Shown: positions 26,023-39,059 of the stretch, piece by piece
Layout: each line of letters starts with the position of its first letter
Numbering within the stretch: position 1 is the first letter of the stretch
Source: Octopus vulgaris
Lineage: Eukaryota
Length of the DNA: 64,000 nucleotides
Direction: 5' to 3'
Assembly: GCA_951406725.2 (NCBI GenBank)
Contig: OX597823.1
Coordinates: 82,398,001-82,462,000, forward strand
Made by a program: the position numbers and the translations under genes
The notes under the pieces: generated by a model
Told to the model about the DNA's origin: nothing
The model's database searches: none
Seen by the model: only the letters and a program-made list of their open reading frames with translations

Positions 26023-26499
26023 GCTAAAATATTGTTTCTCACTGAAAAGGTCCCGTGGAGTAAACAAGAGGCGGAAAAAATTGACGTGTTCAATTAGATG
26101 ATTTCGAGCTTTTTAAACTTGTTCAATACAACTGTGGCGAAAGCAGTATTATGCAAAAACAAACGGTATTTTGATATCTTAGAAATATAGACTATCGGAA
26201 CAGGGCTGAATATTTGGTTAACACTTATTTAATGGTGTTGGTAGTCGTGGTGGTGTTGATGTATTTATCCGTATGTGTGATGTGGATGGGGTTCTTGTAT
26301 TTGTCAGTGTAAGGACCACTGACCTAAATATCCTTTCCAGAATAAAAGACGAAGGTAGATATAGGAAATTTAGCAAAACTACTGAAGTATTACGATTTAA
26401 TAGTTATTGGCAAATATATCAAAGGAGATATTTACTGAGATATAACAATATGATACTACATTTACCGTAGTTGTTGCTGTCGTTATTTATCCGTAATGA

Positions 26500-27222
26500 T
26501 AGTGCTTAGCATCACTATCATTATCATTAATGATAATTATGATGATAGTGATGCAGATGATGATGATTGTGAAGGATGGGACGACAATCGATTTAAGGGT
26601 GTGGATAGCAATTTTGTGGTAAGTGATAATAATCAGCAGGGTGATAATGATTGGAATAGAGATAGTGAGAATGACAATGGTAATAACGACATCACAGATA
26701 CTGAGTAGTGATGGAGGACTGATGGAGGCAGTAGTAGTAGTAGTAGTAGTAGTAGTAGGAGGAGGAGGAGGAGGAGGAGGAGGAGGAGGATAGAGAAGAG
26801 GAGAAGCAGGGAGAGAAGAACGCGGAGAAGAGGTACAAGAGGAACTTAGATGGTGAAGAAGCGGAAATGGTGAAGGAGGAGGAGCTGTGAGAAAGTGAAG
26901 ATAGGAGGAGGAAGAGAAGGGTGAAGAGAAGGATGAAAAGAAAGAGGAGGAGAAGAAGGAGAGAAGGAAGAGTAAAAACATGGGAGAGGGGTGTGGGTAA
27001 CTGATATTCTGCTGAGCAAAGCAGTACTGAGGGAGGGGGGAAACGAAAAGGAAAATGGAGGAAGAAAAAAAGGAAAAAGTAGTTTGAATAGGCTAAAACG
27101 TGCAGACAGACTCATCATTGGAAGATTTCACTCTCTCATCCTCTACCGCCTTCTCTCACTCTCTCTTTCTGTTTTCCTTCCCCGTCTCTCTCTCTTACTC
27201 TCTCTCTCTCTCTCTTTCTCTG

Positions 27223-27278
<56 letters not shown>

Positions 27279-27300
27279 TGTTACCTTTCTCTTTTACTCT
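26500..27300. repeat. Low-complexity block: (GAT)n-like, (GTA)n, (GGA)n, purine tract, then (CT)n
   Basis: Read directly. Confidence 0.9.
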
Positions 27301-27750
27301 TTCAGCTTTTAACTATTACCCAAACCGCTTCTGTGCTACGTTAGTTCTAACGCAATTTAGTATTCGAACTGTTTCTATCTGTACAGCATCGCATCAATAC
27401 GTTAAAACCATCTACCGCATTATCAGTACATATGCACTTTGCAAACATAAATCATTGACAACATCAGAGATATGGGGAAACAAAGGGGGGAAACAATGTG
27501 ATTGTTGGAATTTCATCAAAGAAGACAGGATTAGAAAGAAACGGGAGAGGAAAATCATTATTCCCACCCACGTAAGAGAAGAAAATAAAAGTGGTTGTAT
27601 TTATTTATTTATGTTTTCCAGGAAAGTCAGTAATTAGTTTTCGCTGCAAGCTTTCTATTTAGATCTGAAAGGGAGATAATCGAGTCAATAATCTTATAGG
27701 ATTATTATGAGTGTGGTCAATGCATTCGATGTGGTTGTTGTATTGTTTTA

Positions 27751-28140
27751 CTAGCAGTATCGCCCGGCGTTGCTCGGGTTTGTTTCGACCATTTAGAATT
27801 GGAATTTTTGAAAAGTAAAAATTTTGCATTATGTAGCTTGTTATTCTCTTTAAGTGAACATTTTTTTCTCGTTGAAATACACCGAAAAATGGCAACACAG
27901 CAGTAAAAAAATCGTAAAAATTAGGGATTTTCATAGAAAAAAGGCACCTTTTTGATGTAAATAATTTTTGGTGTTAACATGGTCCAATTTGAATTTTTTC
28001 TTCTACGGAAGGAAAAGCAAGCCTTCTTCTATCATACTCTCAATTTTGGTCAACTTGAGCCGCAGAGTCTCGGAGGAGATAGTGTTAGTTGAAGGCTACC
28101 AAACCTGCCATACACAGACAACGTCAGCTTTATATATAGA
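27751..28140 (-). mobile_element. Non-autonomous Helitron
   Basis: On the minus strand: A|TCTATATATAAAG start, subterminal hairpin CCCGAGCAACGCCGGG, CTAG|T end, no TSD. Confidence 0.85.
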
Positions 28141-28219
28141 TATATATATTGTAGAAGTTACTGATACGAACAACTTGTAATGTAATGTAGTTTAATGTAT
28201 AGTACACAGACAACTTCAG

Positions 28220-28333
<114 letters not shown>

Positions 28334-28508
28334 ATGTTTCACTGGGGAGGTAAGGGCAGCGCTCGTCGATGATTATATATTTCAGAATCTTTGAGAATGG
28401 TAAATGAAATGAAGGAAGTGAAACTCAAAATAGTTATCTTGCCCAAATGCATGTAACTGTGTGATCTCTGCTAAAGACGGCCAAGTATGAGGCGAAAGTT
28501 TTACACCG

Positions 28509-28805
28509 GGAGATGCATGGCTTAGTGGTTAGGGTATTCCGTTAACGATCGTAAGGTCGTAATTTCGATACCCCTGCAGCGCGTGGTGCCCTTGAGCAAG
28601 ATACTTTATTTCAAGTTGCTCCAGTCCACTCAGCTGGCAAAAATGAGTTGTGCCAGTAATTCAAAGGGCCAGCCTTTTCATATTCTGTGTCACGCCGAAT
28701 CTTCCTGAGAACTATGTTAAGGTTACGTGTGTCAGTGGAGTGCTCAGCCACTTGCAAGTTAATTTCAACTGAAACCTCGTCGTCGTAACCGACGAAATGC
28801 CAGTA
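28509..28805 (+). mobile_element. CORE-type SINE, head D with tail 2
   Basis: TGGCTTAGTGG A-box, CCTTGAGCAAGATACTT CORE-like, CCAGTCCACTCAGCTGGCAAAAATGAGT, tail AAAGGGCCAGCC..GTGCTCAGCCACTTGCA..TCGTCGTCGTAACCGACG. Confidence 0.8.
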
Positions 28806-29158
28806 CACCTGTAGACGGATAAGGTCAACAATGAAATAGCTGGAACTAATACCGCAAGGCGTCAACCGCTCGAAAGCGATGAAAGGTAAAGTTGATCTCG
28901 GCGAGATTTGAACTCAGCGTGCAATGAGTTGGAGCGAATTATATTTACAGCAGCCAAATTAAAAGATCACATTGAAGCTTCTCACCAGTAGAAGCTATGT
29001 CAATCAGAATACTAGCCATAAAATCCAGAATGCTTTCGTATGGAGCAACGCATTCTTGGCTGACATCGACTTATATAGTAACTATGACGACGAAAGCAAT
29101 AACAACAATAGCAATTAATGACATGAAAGAACGGTGGCTCTTGTGTTTCTCTTTACAG

Positions 29159-29235
29159 AAACAGTATTCATTGAGATACTTGAATTTAGGAGTGTTGGCA
29201 AACCCACATGAGGCTGTTGAAGACGTGCCGATAGG
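29159..29235 (+). other. Candidate 77-nt internal exon
   Basis: Acceptor CTCTTGTGTTTCTCTTTACAG| and donor GG|GTAAGT in non-repetitive sequence; one open frame KQYSLRYLNLGVLANPHEAVEDVPIG; no protein family recognised. Confidence 0.35.
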
Positions 29236-29823
29236 GTAAGTGATAGCCAGCAAAGCGACTGACCGTGTGTAACACATGACTGCGACTACGCTGCGTTTAT
29301 GATTTCCATACGTCACTGTAAACGAGCTTGAAGTGTGTCTTTCATGTTTAGAAGAAGATCAACCATTTCTGAAGATAAACCAACTGTCACCATTTGGTCA
29401 TTGAGAACACTTGGGTTAGATTTGAATGATATTTATATTTCTTCGCAAATTTAGCAAGTCAAGCGAATTGGTGGAGGTCCTGTGATTGGTTCAATTTAAA
29501 TACGCAGTATAATTATATAATATAGCCACAGTATAAAAATTGGCAAATATTTCGCTAGCTTGCTTTGGCGTGTTGAAACCTATTTGTGATCTTTCAGGAA
29601 ACACGAAACATTTTTATCAAAAACCTGGATTCCTATATTATTCAAAACTAATTGGCCACGTATCTGTTAACTAACCCAGTTAGGACCAGCATTATACTCT
29701 CTCAAAGATAATATATAGTATTTCATAAACACATGGTTTTGGTATCGCGATACGTAAACTTATAGCCACAGAAACAACAGTCACAACATTCTAGGAGACC
29801 TTGTAGAGGATATTTAGTTTACT

Positions 29824-30426
29824 AAGGTGGCGAGCAGGCAGAAACGTTAGCACGCCGGGCGAAATGCTTAGCAGTATTTCGTCTGCCGTTACGTTCTGAG
29901 TTCAAATTCCGCCGAGGTCGACTTTGCCTTTCATCCTTTCGAGGTCGATAAATTCAGTACCAGTTACGCACTGGGGTCGATGTAATCGACTTAATCCGTT
30001 TGTCTGTCCTTGTTTGTCCCCTCTATGTTTAGCCCCTTGTAGGCAATAAAGAAATAAGAAACGTTAGCACGCCGGGCGAAATGCGTAGCCGTATTTCGTT
30101 TGCCGTTACGTTCTGAGTTCAAATTCCACCAAGGTCGACTTTGCCTTTCATCTTTTCGGGGTCGATAAATTAAGTACCAGTTACGCACTGGGTCGATGTA
30201 ATCGATTTATCCGTTTGTCTGTCCTTGTTTAGACCCTTGTGGGTAGTAAAAGAAATAGGTATTTCGTCTGTCTTTACGTTCTGAGTTCAAATTCCGCCAA
30301 GGTCGACTTTGTCTTTCATCATTTCGAGTCGATAACATTAAGTACCAGCTTTGTACTGGGGTCGATCTAATCGACTGGCCCCCTCCTCCAAAATTTCGGG
30401 CCTTGTGTCTAGAGTAGAAAAGAATA
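29824..30426 (+). mobile_element. SINE family A fused trimer
   Basis: Three successive TTCTGAGTTCAAATTCC..GTCGACTTTG..AAGTACCAG units; units 2 and 3 are progressively 5'-shortened and unit 3 has a different tail. Confidence 0.9.
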
Positions 30427-30672
30427 TCTATTTTCCTATTTCTTACAATTTATACTTACTACGTAGGTTTAAGCTTGAGCAATTAAAACACTAATCTGTG
30501 TTTGTGAACGAATAAATTCTGTAGTAGGAAGCAATTACATCAGTGAATTAATTATGAAGTACTTGAGACACAAACAGAATCAATTTCTTGATTATTTGGT
30601 TGAAAGATGTTAGAAAATGTGTTTTGTCACAAAATGTATAGTCACACACAGATCACACACAGATCACACACA

Positions 30673-30673
<1 letters not shown>

Positions 30674-30760
<87 letters not shown>

Positions 30761-30768
30761 AATCTATC
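30674..30768. repeat. (TATC)n microsatellite
   Basis: Read directly. Confidence 0.97.
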
Positions 30769-31415
30769 AGTGGCGAAGGGTGAATAGGAAACTAGAGCAT
30801 GCAATCCCCCCACACACACACACGCTGATGTGGGTGAGGATTTCCTAGTGTTCCTCTCTCCCCCGTTTTCCGTAAAAAGTGTAGCATATAGCTTTGGGAT
30901 ATGGCAAGTCCGATAATGAAAATAGTTTTCTTCCTACGATGCACTGATTTGAGGTAGTTAGTGAGACAGGAGAAACGTACATACAAACATTTCCAAAATA
31001 TATATATAGGAACCCCGTGATTAGTGCACGAAATTTCTTTTTAAATTGTCCCTTAATATAAGCGGTGTCAGATTTGATTAGCACGTTTCAATAAGTATCT
31101 TTTTTGTCTTTTTCCGCGCAATTCCTTTGAAACATTGGCAGCAACTCATCTTCAGTTCCGCACCAACCCTTCACGAATGAGGTCGTGTGCCACACCTACT
31201 AGTATATTTAAAATATATCGACAAAACTCCTTGAAATTCTACCAAAAATCGTGTAGTTTTTCGGCTTTTCTTAATTTTTTGCAAGAGTTTATAGAAAAGA
31301 TCTACACAGACCACCACTTTTTTCATAAAAATTATCAAATAAAAAGCGATTTTCGCATATTAATTCAAAAACTTTGAAACGGAAACACTCCCACTTCTAA
31401 TAGCGTAGCCATATC

Positions 31416-31636
31416 GAGGTGGCGTGCTGGAAGAGTAGTTAGCAAGTCGGACGAGACGTTTTGCAGTGTTTGGCCCGCCATTTGCGCTCTGAGTTCAAAT
31501 TCTACTGGAGTCTACTTTGCCTTTCGTGTGTTCGGGGTCGATAAATTAAGTACCAGTCAAGTACTGGGGTCGATGGAATCGACTACACCCATTCTCCAAA
31601 CATTTCAGCCCTTGTGGCTGCATTAGAAAGGAATAT
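31416..31636 (+). mobile_element. SINE family A, diverged monomer
   Basis: CTGAGTTCAAATTCTACTGGAGTCTACTTTGCCTTTCG..GGGGTCGATAAATTAAGTACCAG. Confidence 0.8.
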
Positions 31637-31964
31637 TGAACCATGCCTATTTTTAAAGAACATTTTATATAGAAACAAAATCAGAAAAAAAATTTCTATA
31701 AACGATGTGTTTTCTTTTCTTTTTTTTCTCTCTGCGGAGTCTAATACAGCAGAGCTGATTAAAAAGTTTTAAAGAAACAAAAAAAACAACAAAAACAGTC
31801 AGCTCATTCTAATTTTCTTTTTGCATTTTATAATTATAACTTGTATGGAATATGAAATAACAGTCCGCGAATTTGTTTTTATTTTTACTGCTTCCTTGAT
31901 TTTTTAAAATAGCATCATATGTCTCACTGTAAAAAGCAATATTTATCAGCACACAGTTACAATT

Positions 31965-32300
31965 GAAGGAAATTGGCAGGATTATCGTCAAATGTCGATG
32001 GATTATCGTCAAATTTCAATGTCGACGAAACTGGCCTATTGTGGAAAAAAAAAGTCAACAAGAAATTTTCTGGCAAGAAAAGAGGCGACGACACAAGGTT
32101 ATAAAGCACCCAAGGATAGATTAACACTTTTACTCGGAGTTAATGCCAAAATTGAATGCAAGTTAAAACCGATGCTAATTTATCGTACAATGAACCCAAG
32201 AGCATTAAAAGGCAGTAACAAGCAATTCCTTTAAGTTGTTTGAAGAATGGTTCAATATGCATTTTTGTTCCACATTTGAAAAATATTGCAACACCCACAA
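31965..32300 (+). pseudogene. pogo/Tigger-type DDE transposase fragment
   Basis: FNVDETGLLWKKKSTRNFLARKEATTQGYKAPKDRLTLLLGVNAKIECKLKPMLIYRTMNPRALKG..LFEEWFNMHFC. Confidence 0.88.
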
Positions 32301-32363
32301 AAAAAAAAGTGAAATTAATTTAAATTTCGCGAATATATATATATATGTATGGATGTTTGTATG

Positions 32364-32402
<39 letters not shown>

Positions 32403-32405
<3 letters not shown>

Positions 32406-32647
32406 GGCGCATGGCTCAATGGTTTAGATGTTGCACTCACGATTGCGAGATTGTGGGTTCGATTCAGAGATCGGACGTTGCATTGTGTTCTTGAGCAAAG
32501 AATTTCATTTCACCTTGCTCTGCGATCACTTCGGTATCTGACATGTTGCACCCAGTTGCACCTGTACAGGTAATGTCGATTTGATCACTATAAACAAATC
32601 AAGAAATTGCCGGACCCTCATACGTCGTCTAACGACGGAAGAGTCCA
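32403..32647 (+). mobile_element. CORE-type SINE, head D with tail 5
   Basis: TGGCTCAATGG A-box, GGTTCGATTC B-box, TTGTGTTCTTGAGCAAAG CORE-like, tail CGTCGTCTAACGACGGAAGAGTCCA. Confidence 0.7.
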
Positions 32648-33124
32648 TCTTATGTATACACTACACACGCACACATCCACTCACAAACACATATACACAC
32701 ACAGGGAAAGTGTGTTATATGGAGCTCTGTTGCAAAATTTATGTTTTCTGGTCGTAGTTCTACAAATCGTTTGTTGTCAGTTAACGTAGAGGATGATTAG
32801 TTAAGAATGATCAAGTGATGAGTTAAGAGATTTTCGCGGCTAGTTTTCCGCTACGTCCTTTTGTTAAAGTCATCAGCAGCCAAATTAAAAGATCACATTG
32901 AAGCTTCTCACCAGCAGACATGTCCTATGTCAGTCAGAATACTAGCTATGAAAGGGAAAGCCACGAACAAACTTAGGGTTGTTTAGCTTTTGGTTGTGTC
33001 TAGTAGCTGTGTGAGCTTATTTTATCGTACTTTGACTGGTCTAGTCTTGAGATCTCGTATTTGTTGTTGATGAATCGTTAATCGCATTCTCACCTACTTG
33101 TGTAGAAAGATAGACTGACGGGCA

Positions 33125-33168
33125 GACACACACAGACACACACACACACACACACACACACACTCAAA

Positions 33169-33250
<82 letters not shown>
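33125..33250. repeat. (CA)n microsatellite
   Basis: Read directly. Confidence 0.97.
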
Positions 33251-33252
<2 letters not shown>

Positions 33253-33847
33253 GAAACATACACATGAAAACAATGGTACAAACATGTACATATGCACATA
33301 TATATGAAATGAAAAAGCCGCATTTTTCTCTTTCCTTTTTCTTTACTCTATAATATTTCAGAATTATTAGAATTCTAGTTATCGCTTTTGTAAATTCAAT
33401 CTTTTTTTTAAATTGCTACCGTCTAAAAATTATGCGCTCTTATAGCAACAAAAATGGGTTATTTTGTCTAATATTTAAGCTGACGTTTTCACAGTCGAGT
33501 GTAATAAAACTCGCAGTAATGGATATATTCCATAGATATATGTGTCTAAGTGTATGAGTGTGTGTCTAACTTAGAGTGGTTGAGTGTGTATGTATTTGAG
33601 AGTAGATATGTGTGCGTATGTATCTGAGAGTAGAAACAAGAAAAAGCAAAGCTAAAAAAACTGATACTTCCTAACAGAAGAGAACAAGACAATATGTTCA
33701 CGATAAAAATGGGCATGGAAATTAAAGAAACCACTATGAAACATTTGTAAGTAGTATTACGTGGAAAACTCTACATGTTAGTATCGAATATTTTATACAT
33801 ACATACATACATACATACATACATACATACATACATACATACATACA

Positions 33848-33878
<31 letters not shown>

Positions 33879-34005
33879 GTGTGTGTTTAGGCATTTTCGG
33901 CAATAGGTAAGTTCAGCAATTTTATGAAATTACTCATGATCCATATTGTAAGTTGCTGAATGACACCATTTTTATTATTGCTGCTGCTGCTGCTGCTACT
34001 ACTAG

Positions 34006-34055
<50 letters not shown>

Positions 34056-34097
34056 TACTACTACTCCTCACACACGCACACATATGCATGCACACAC

Positions 34098-34138
<41 letters not shown>

Positions 34139-34315
34139 TATATATACAAGCTTATATTAATGTTATACGTATATATATAATATCTATATACACACACACA
34201 TATATATATTAGTGATAATTTTAAATTTAGGTATCCATCTTGTTGTATACCGTTTAAATCCTGTTTACCGTTTTCGGTTACCTGATGTTCTGAACAATAG
34301 ATTTAGGGGTGTGAG

Positions 34316-34363
<48 letters not shown>

Positions 34364-34399
34364 CATATTTCCATATATGTATATATATATATATATATA

Positions 34400-34713
34400 G
34401 TGGAGGCGCAATGGCCCAGTGGTTAGTGCAGCGGACACGCGGTCGGAGGATCGCGGTTCCGATTCCCAAGTCGGACGTTGTGTGTGTTTATTGAGCTAAA
34501 ACACCAAAAAGCTCCACGAGGCTCCGGCAGGTGATGGTGGCGACCCCTGTTGTACTCTTTCGCCCCAACTTTCTCTCATTCTTTCTTCCTGTTTCTTGAG
34601 TAACGCTGCGATGGATTGGCGTGCCGTCCAGCTGGGGGGAACAAATACGCCACAGAAACCGGGAAACCGGGCCCATAAGCCTGACTAGGCTTGAAAAGGG
34701 CGCATAAATAAAA
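34400..34713 (+). mobile_element. tRNA-derived SINE, head C with tail 3 (V-domain-like)
   Basis: Same head and body as 22869; tail GAGTAACGCTGCGATGGATTGGCGTGCCGTCCAG..GAAACCGGGAAACCGGGCCC..AAAAGGGCGCAT; in (TA)n. Confidence 0.88.
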
Positions 34714-35514
34714 AATATATATATATATATGCAAATATATATACAATGATGGGTGGAAAACTAGATAGCGAGGGAGAGATATATAAACAGATAGATATAG
34801 GTAGTTAGAGATATTTAATATATATACTGATAATATCTGATTATATTAAAAGACGCCGTCATTCTCTCCAGAGAATGGAGTATGTAAATGAATTATTCAT
34901 TCCATTTTTACAGTAGTATTATTGTATCATTGGATATATTGTTAACTTCACTAGTGTATCCTGCTTTAATATGCTAATAAGACGCTGCACTTATTTTTAT
35001 ATTTCTATCTACATCACTAGCTGTATACAGCCATTAATGAACACAAAATATACAAAAATACGGCAAAATAAATCAAAATAAATATACTAACAGTCGTGTT
35101 AGCATCGGTGCTGGTTATATTTTGTTTATTTGACAACAAAATGATAATTTGAAACAAAATTATCGATTTGTTATCTAATAAATGCAACATAATAATTAAA
35201 CAACAGAATTGCTTTCTTAATTATGTTCAATGGTATTTAATAAAATCACCAATATTTACAATTTTTTTTTTTTTTGCGCCGATGAAATTTGTATTCTCGT
35301 TCATTTGCAGTTCTTCCAGCAGTATTTCAAAACTGAAGTTCGGGTTCCGGAATATTTAATGTCATCCGTCGTGTTTCTGTCATGAAAACAATGCATTTAG
35401 TCTCTGTAACCATCGATTCTCCTACTTCTTTTTCCGTTTAATTTGCATCTCTCCCCCTCTCTTCCTCCTCCTCCTCCTTCTCCTCCTTCTCCTCTCTCTC
35501 CGCATCTCCGCATA

Positions 35515-35609
35515 TACGTGTATATATATATATGTATATATACAAATATATGTATGTATTACATATATATATGTATATAAATATATATATATACATACAT
35601 ATGCGTATA

Positions 35610-35640
<31 letters not shown>

Positions 35641-35864
35641 GCATATATACATATATATATACATATATATATATATACATATATATATGTATATATACAT
35701 AAATATACATATATAAATATATACATATATATATGCATATATACATATGTAAATGTATATATACATATATATATATGTATGTATATATACATATGCATAT
35801 ATATATAAGCATAAATACATATATACATATATATATGCATATATATATATATATACATTTATAT
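35515..35864. repeat. Degenerate (TA)n/(TACA)n microsatellite
   Basis: Read directly. Confidence 0.93.
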
Positions 35865-36730
35865 ATCTCTTATTATAAAAGGCAGATTTTATCTGCCTCC
35901 CTTTGGGAGTTATAGAAATCTACAATATAGGATTTCTTCAATTACAATTTACCTAGCATTTTTAAGAGTAGAATGCATCGCGTCATGCCAGGTCCAGTTT
36001 TTAAAATTTAAACTCCAATTAAGCAAAATTTACAGAAAACTCACATTCTGGTGTGTGTGTCAAATGCTTTTCTTAGTCTGGTTTACACCACACGCAAACG
36101 CACACACACAGTGTGCAACGAATAAAATGAAAGTAAATAGCGACAGAGTGATTTGAGGAAGACTAAACTGAAAGTATTTAAACCACTACTCAAAAAATAA
36201 AAAAACACAGCAAACAGAAACAAATAAATACATAACCATTTACTCCTCACACAATTTCTTCAATTAGAATTTACCTAAGATTTTTCAAAGTACTCCATTC
36301 GCTCATGCCATAATATATTTCTTTCAATTTCACCCCCAATTAACACAAAATTCGAGAAAACTCAATATTTTAACATTTCACTCCGAAAGCATTGATGTAC
36401 ATGTGTGCGTGCGTGAGTGTGTGTGTGTCATTCCTCACACACACGCATACACATACATATACAACTACATACAACTACATACACATACAACTACATACAA
36501 ACACGTGTGTGTTTGTTATTAAAAAGGCGCCAAAATACAACTCACTTATCATTCCAACATATTTGCAAAGACACACGGACGGACAGAAAAGGTAAATTGG
36601 TTTTTATTTTACTCTGTATATATTTTATTATATAATATTATATATAGATATATGTATATATAATTGCAGTATGAAACAGTGTTTATGTATAAACAGACGA
36701 CACTTATATATAGTTATTATAATAAGAGAT
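35865..36730. mobile_element. Helitron-like/foldback element with inverted ATCTCTTATTATAA ends and an internal ~115-bp diverged direct repeat
   Basis: ATCTCTTATTATAA at 35865 and its reverse complement at ~36717-36730; blocks ~35932-36047 and ~36254-36370 are similar. Confidence 0.45.
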
Positions 36731-36770
36731 TAATAAATGTATGCATCCGTTTAACCCTTTCGTTACCAAG

Positions 36771-37080
36771 CCGCCCGAATTTACCTATTCATATTTAAAT
36801 GAGAATATCAGAGAAAATCTCTTTAGTACATTCGTGAAAACACGTATTATACTTCGTAAACACTTCAACTACAGTTTTGTACAAAAATCGAAGTGTAATT
36901 TTAATTCCGTGAATTATGGGAGATTTTTTTCCGAAATTTGTTCCTATTGTGTTTTCAAAATTTGTAATTCTGACAAAAAATGGATACGAATTTCATTATA
37001 TCAAGCAGCGAGTCAGAATTCGAAGGATTTTCTACTGAAGACCTTCATAAATCTAACTCTATGACTGAAAAAAAAAAGCA
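36771..37080 (+). mobile_element. piggyBac-like left end with acidic N-terminal remnant
   Basis: TTAA|CCCTTT terminus followed by MDTNFIISSSESEFEGFSTEDL; right end not found. Confidence 0.5.
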
Positions 37081-37473
37081 TCTTTATATAAGAGTGAAGT
37101 TGTGTGTCTGTCTCCTACGATTTAGATTCCTAACTACTCCCACAGTTTGCGGTGCAGTTTAACCAAAGCGGCTATCTTATAGTCGTGATTCATATCGAGC
37201 CCTTCTGGGTATTAGCGTGCGTCTACGATGAGTCTACGATTTAAAAAAATTTACCATCATATTTTTCCATTTTAATGCATTTTTTTCGCTTTTATATAAG
37301 AGAAGTAACTCTCTAAAAATATCTACGATGTGTCAACGATTTAAAAAAAATTTACCTTAATTTTTTTTCAATTTTTAATGCATTTTTTTGCTATTTTTTT
37401 GGCTATAACTCTCTAAAAATGCTTATATAGTTATTTCCCTTACAACCCGAGCAACGCCGGGCGATATTGCTAG
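37081..37473 (+). mobile_element. Non-autonomous Helitron
   Basis: A|TCTTTATATAAG start, hairpin CCCGAGCAACGCCGGG, CTAG|T end; internal ~100-bp tandem repeat. Confidence 0.85.
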
Positions 37474-37553
37474 TACATATATAATATATGCACATGTATA
37501 TATACATATATATGTATATATACATATACATATACGTATATATATATATATAT

Positions 37554-37719
37554 AGGCGCAGGAGTGGCTGTGTGGTAAGTAGCTTGCTTACCAACCACAT
37601 GGTTCCGGGTTCAGTCCCACTGCGTGGCACCTTGGTCGAGTGTCTTCTGCTATAGCCTCGGGCCGACCAACGCCTTGTGGGTGGATTTGGTAGAGGGAAA
37701 CTGAAAGAAGCCTGTCGTA

Positions 37720-37762
<43 letters not shown>

Positions 37763-37983
37763 GTGTGTATATGTTTGTGTGTCTGTGTTTGTCCCCCAAG
37801 CATTGCTTGACAACCGATGCTGGTGCGTTTACGTCCCCGTCACTTAGCGGTTCGGCAAAAGAGACCGATAGAATAAGTACTGGGCTTACAAAGAATAAGT
37901 CCCGGGGACGATTTGCTCGACTAAAGGCGGTGCTCCAGCATGGCCGCAGTCAAATGACTGAAACAAGTAAAAGCGTAAAAGAG

Positions 37984-37984
<1 letters not shown>
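37554..37984 (+). mobile_element. SINE family B, full length, well preserved
   Basis: AGGCGCAGGAGTGGCTGTGTGGTAAG..GGTTCAGTCCC..(TA)n(TG)n..GGCGGTGCTCCAGCATGGCCGCAGTCAAATGACTGAAACAAG. Confidence 0.92.
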
Positions 37985-38050
<66 letters not shown>

Positions 38051-38055
<5 letters not shown>

Positions 38056-38442
38056 CAAAATGAGATAACAAAGCCAAGGCAGTGGAAAGTTTTCGAGACA
38101 TTTATAAGGAATAGGATATAGATATCGTCTAACAGCCGTTTCTGAATATTATAGATATCCCTTGATCACAAACGATGTGAGATGGTTAAATAGAGGTAAT
38201 TTTTTTAGTTCAAAATAAGGAATTATTATGAAAAAGCTGTGTGGTGTGGAATATAGAGGGAAATTAGAGAATAAAAATAGAAATAGAATATAAAATATAG
38301 CCGTTGCATTTCCATTATCCAAGTAAAGTGGTATATAGAAGAGGCAAAAATGTTTCCTGCACAATGGTATGTCAGATCCGATAGTAGTTCGTGTTTAGTC
38401 ATTTCAAAGTATGGCGTCATGGATTCTGTGTTGCCCATTCGA
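38051..38442 (-). mobile_element. (TA)n-flanked Penelope-like short element
   Basis: Bounded by (TA)n tracts; contains a hammerhead motif ~75 nt from the minus-strand 3' end. Confidence 0.6.
38124..38176 (-). ncRNA. Type I hammerhead motif, G3-C8 variant
   Basis: aucguuu-GUGAUCA-ag ggauau cuaua auauuc a-GAAA-cggcug-UU/agacgau; 7-bp helix I, imperfect base of helix II. Confidence 0.6.
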
Positions 38443-38457
38443 ATATATATATATATA

Positions 38458-38679
38458 TTACGGAGATATACTTGCATAGCAAGTGGCCTGATCTGAGAAC
38501 GTGTGTTGGAACGGAAACAATTGCAGCGTGGAAGGTGTTTATAAGCCATTTAAGAAACACACAAAAGCCGTTAAATTCACTTGAACATTTAAATTTAATT
38601 TGTCAAAATATTTTCGTTGCTTGAGACCGCGACCTGTTCACTGAGAAAATTCCGTGCTGCACGGAATTTTGTCAGTGTT
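38458..38679 (-). mobile_element. (TA)n-flanked Penelope-like short element with fold-back end
   Basis: Terminal hairpin CACTGAGAAAATTCCGTGC-T-GCACGGAATTTTGTCAGTG (38639-38677). Confidence 0.7.
38599..38648 (-). ncRNA. Type I hammerhead motif, G3-C8 variant
   Basis: uuucuca-GUGAACA-g gucgc ggucucaa gcaac-GAAA-auau-UU/ugacaaa; palindromic helix III AAUAUU; the inverted copy preserves uuuguca, which gives a perfect 7-bp helix I. Confidence 0.6.
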
Positions 38680-38738
38680 ATATGTATATATATCCCTCTA
38701 TAAATAAATAAATAAATAAATATATATATATATATATA

Positions 38739-39020
38739 GGAGATAAATAAAAATATATGCATACATACAAACATATATGTACGTACCTACATCTACATGT
38801 ATATATACATGCATATATAAATAATTATACGGGAGTACAGGACATCACAATAAGACGTAGAAACGGAAAAAGCCAAAAAACAAAAAACAAGAAAACGGAA
38901 AACGAAAAACAAGAAAACGAAAAACAAATACAGGACGAGCTACACAAGGACAAAACCCCCGTCATCAGCTGTCGCAAGAGGAGTCAGGCATGTTTCGAAG
39001 GCATAACAGAACAATACATA
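38739..39020 (-). mobile_element. Family X repeat, second copy
   Basis: Colinear with 20524-20843. Confidence 0.6.
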
Positions 39021-39059
39021 CCCGTGCGCACTAACACACACACACACACATATATAATT

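Noticed and set aside
26496-26708. Asp/Asn-rich 70-aa ORF
   Set aside because: Derived from degenerate (GAT)n low-complexity sequence.
31050-31203. Hairpin CACGA..TCGTG followed by CTAG|T, a possible Helitron 3' end
   Set aside because: Short stem, no 5' TC boundary identified and no second copy in the window.
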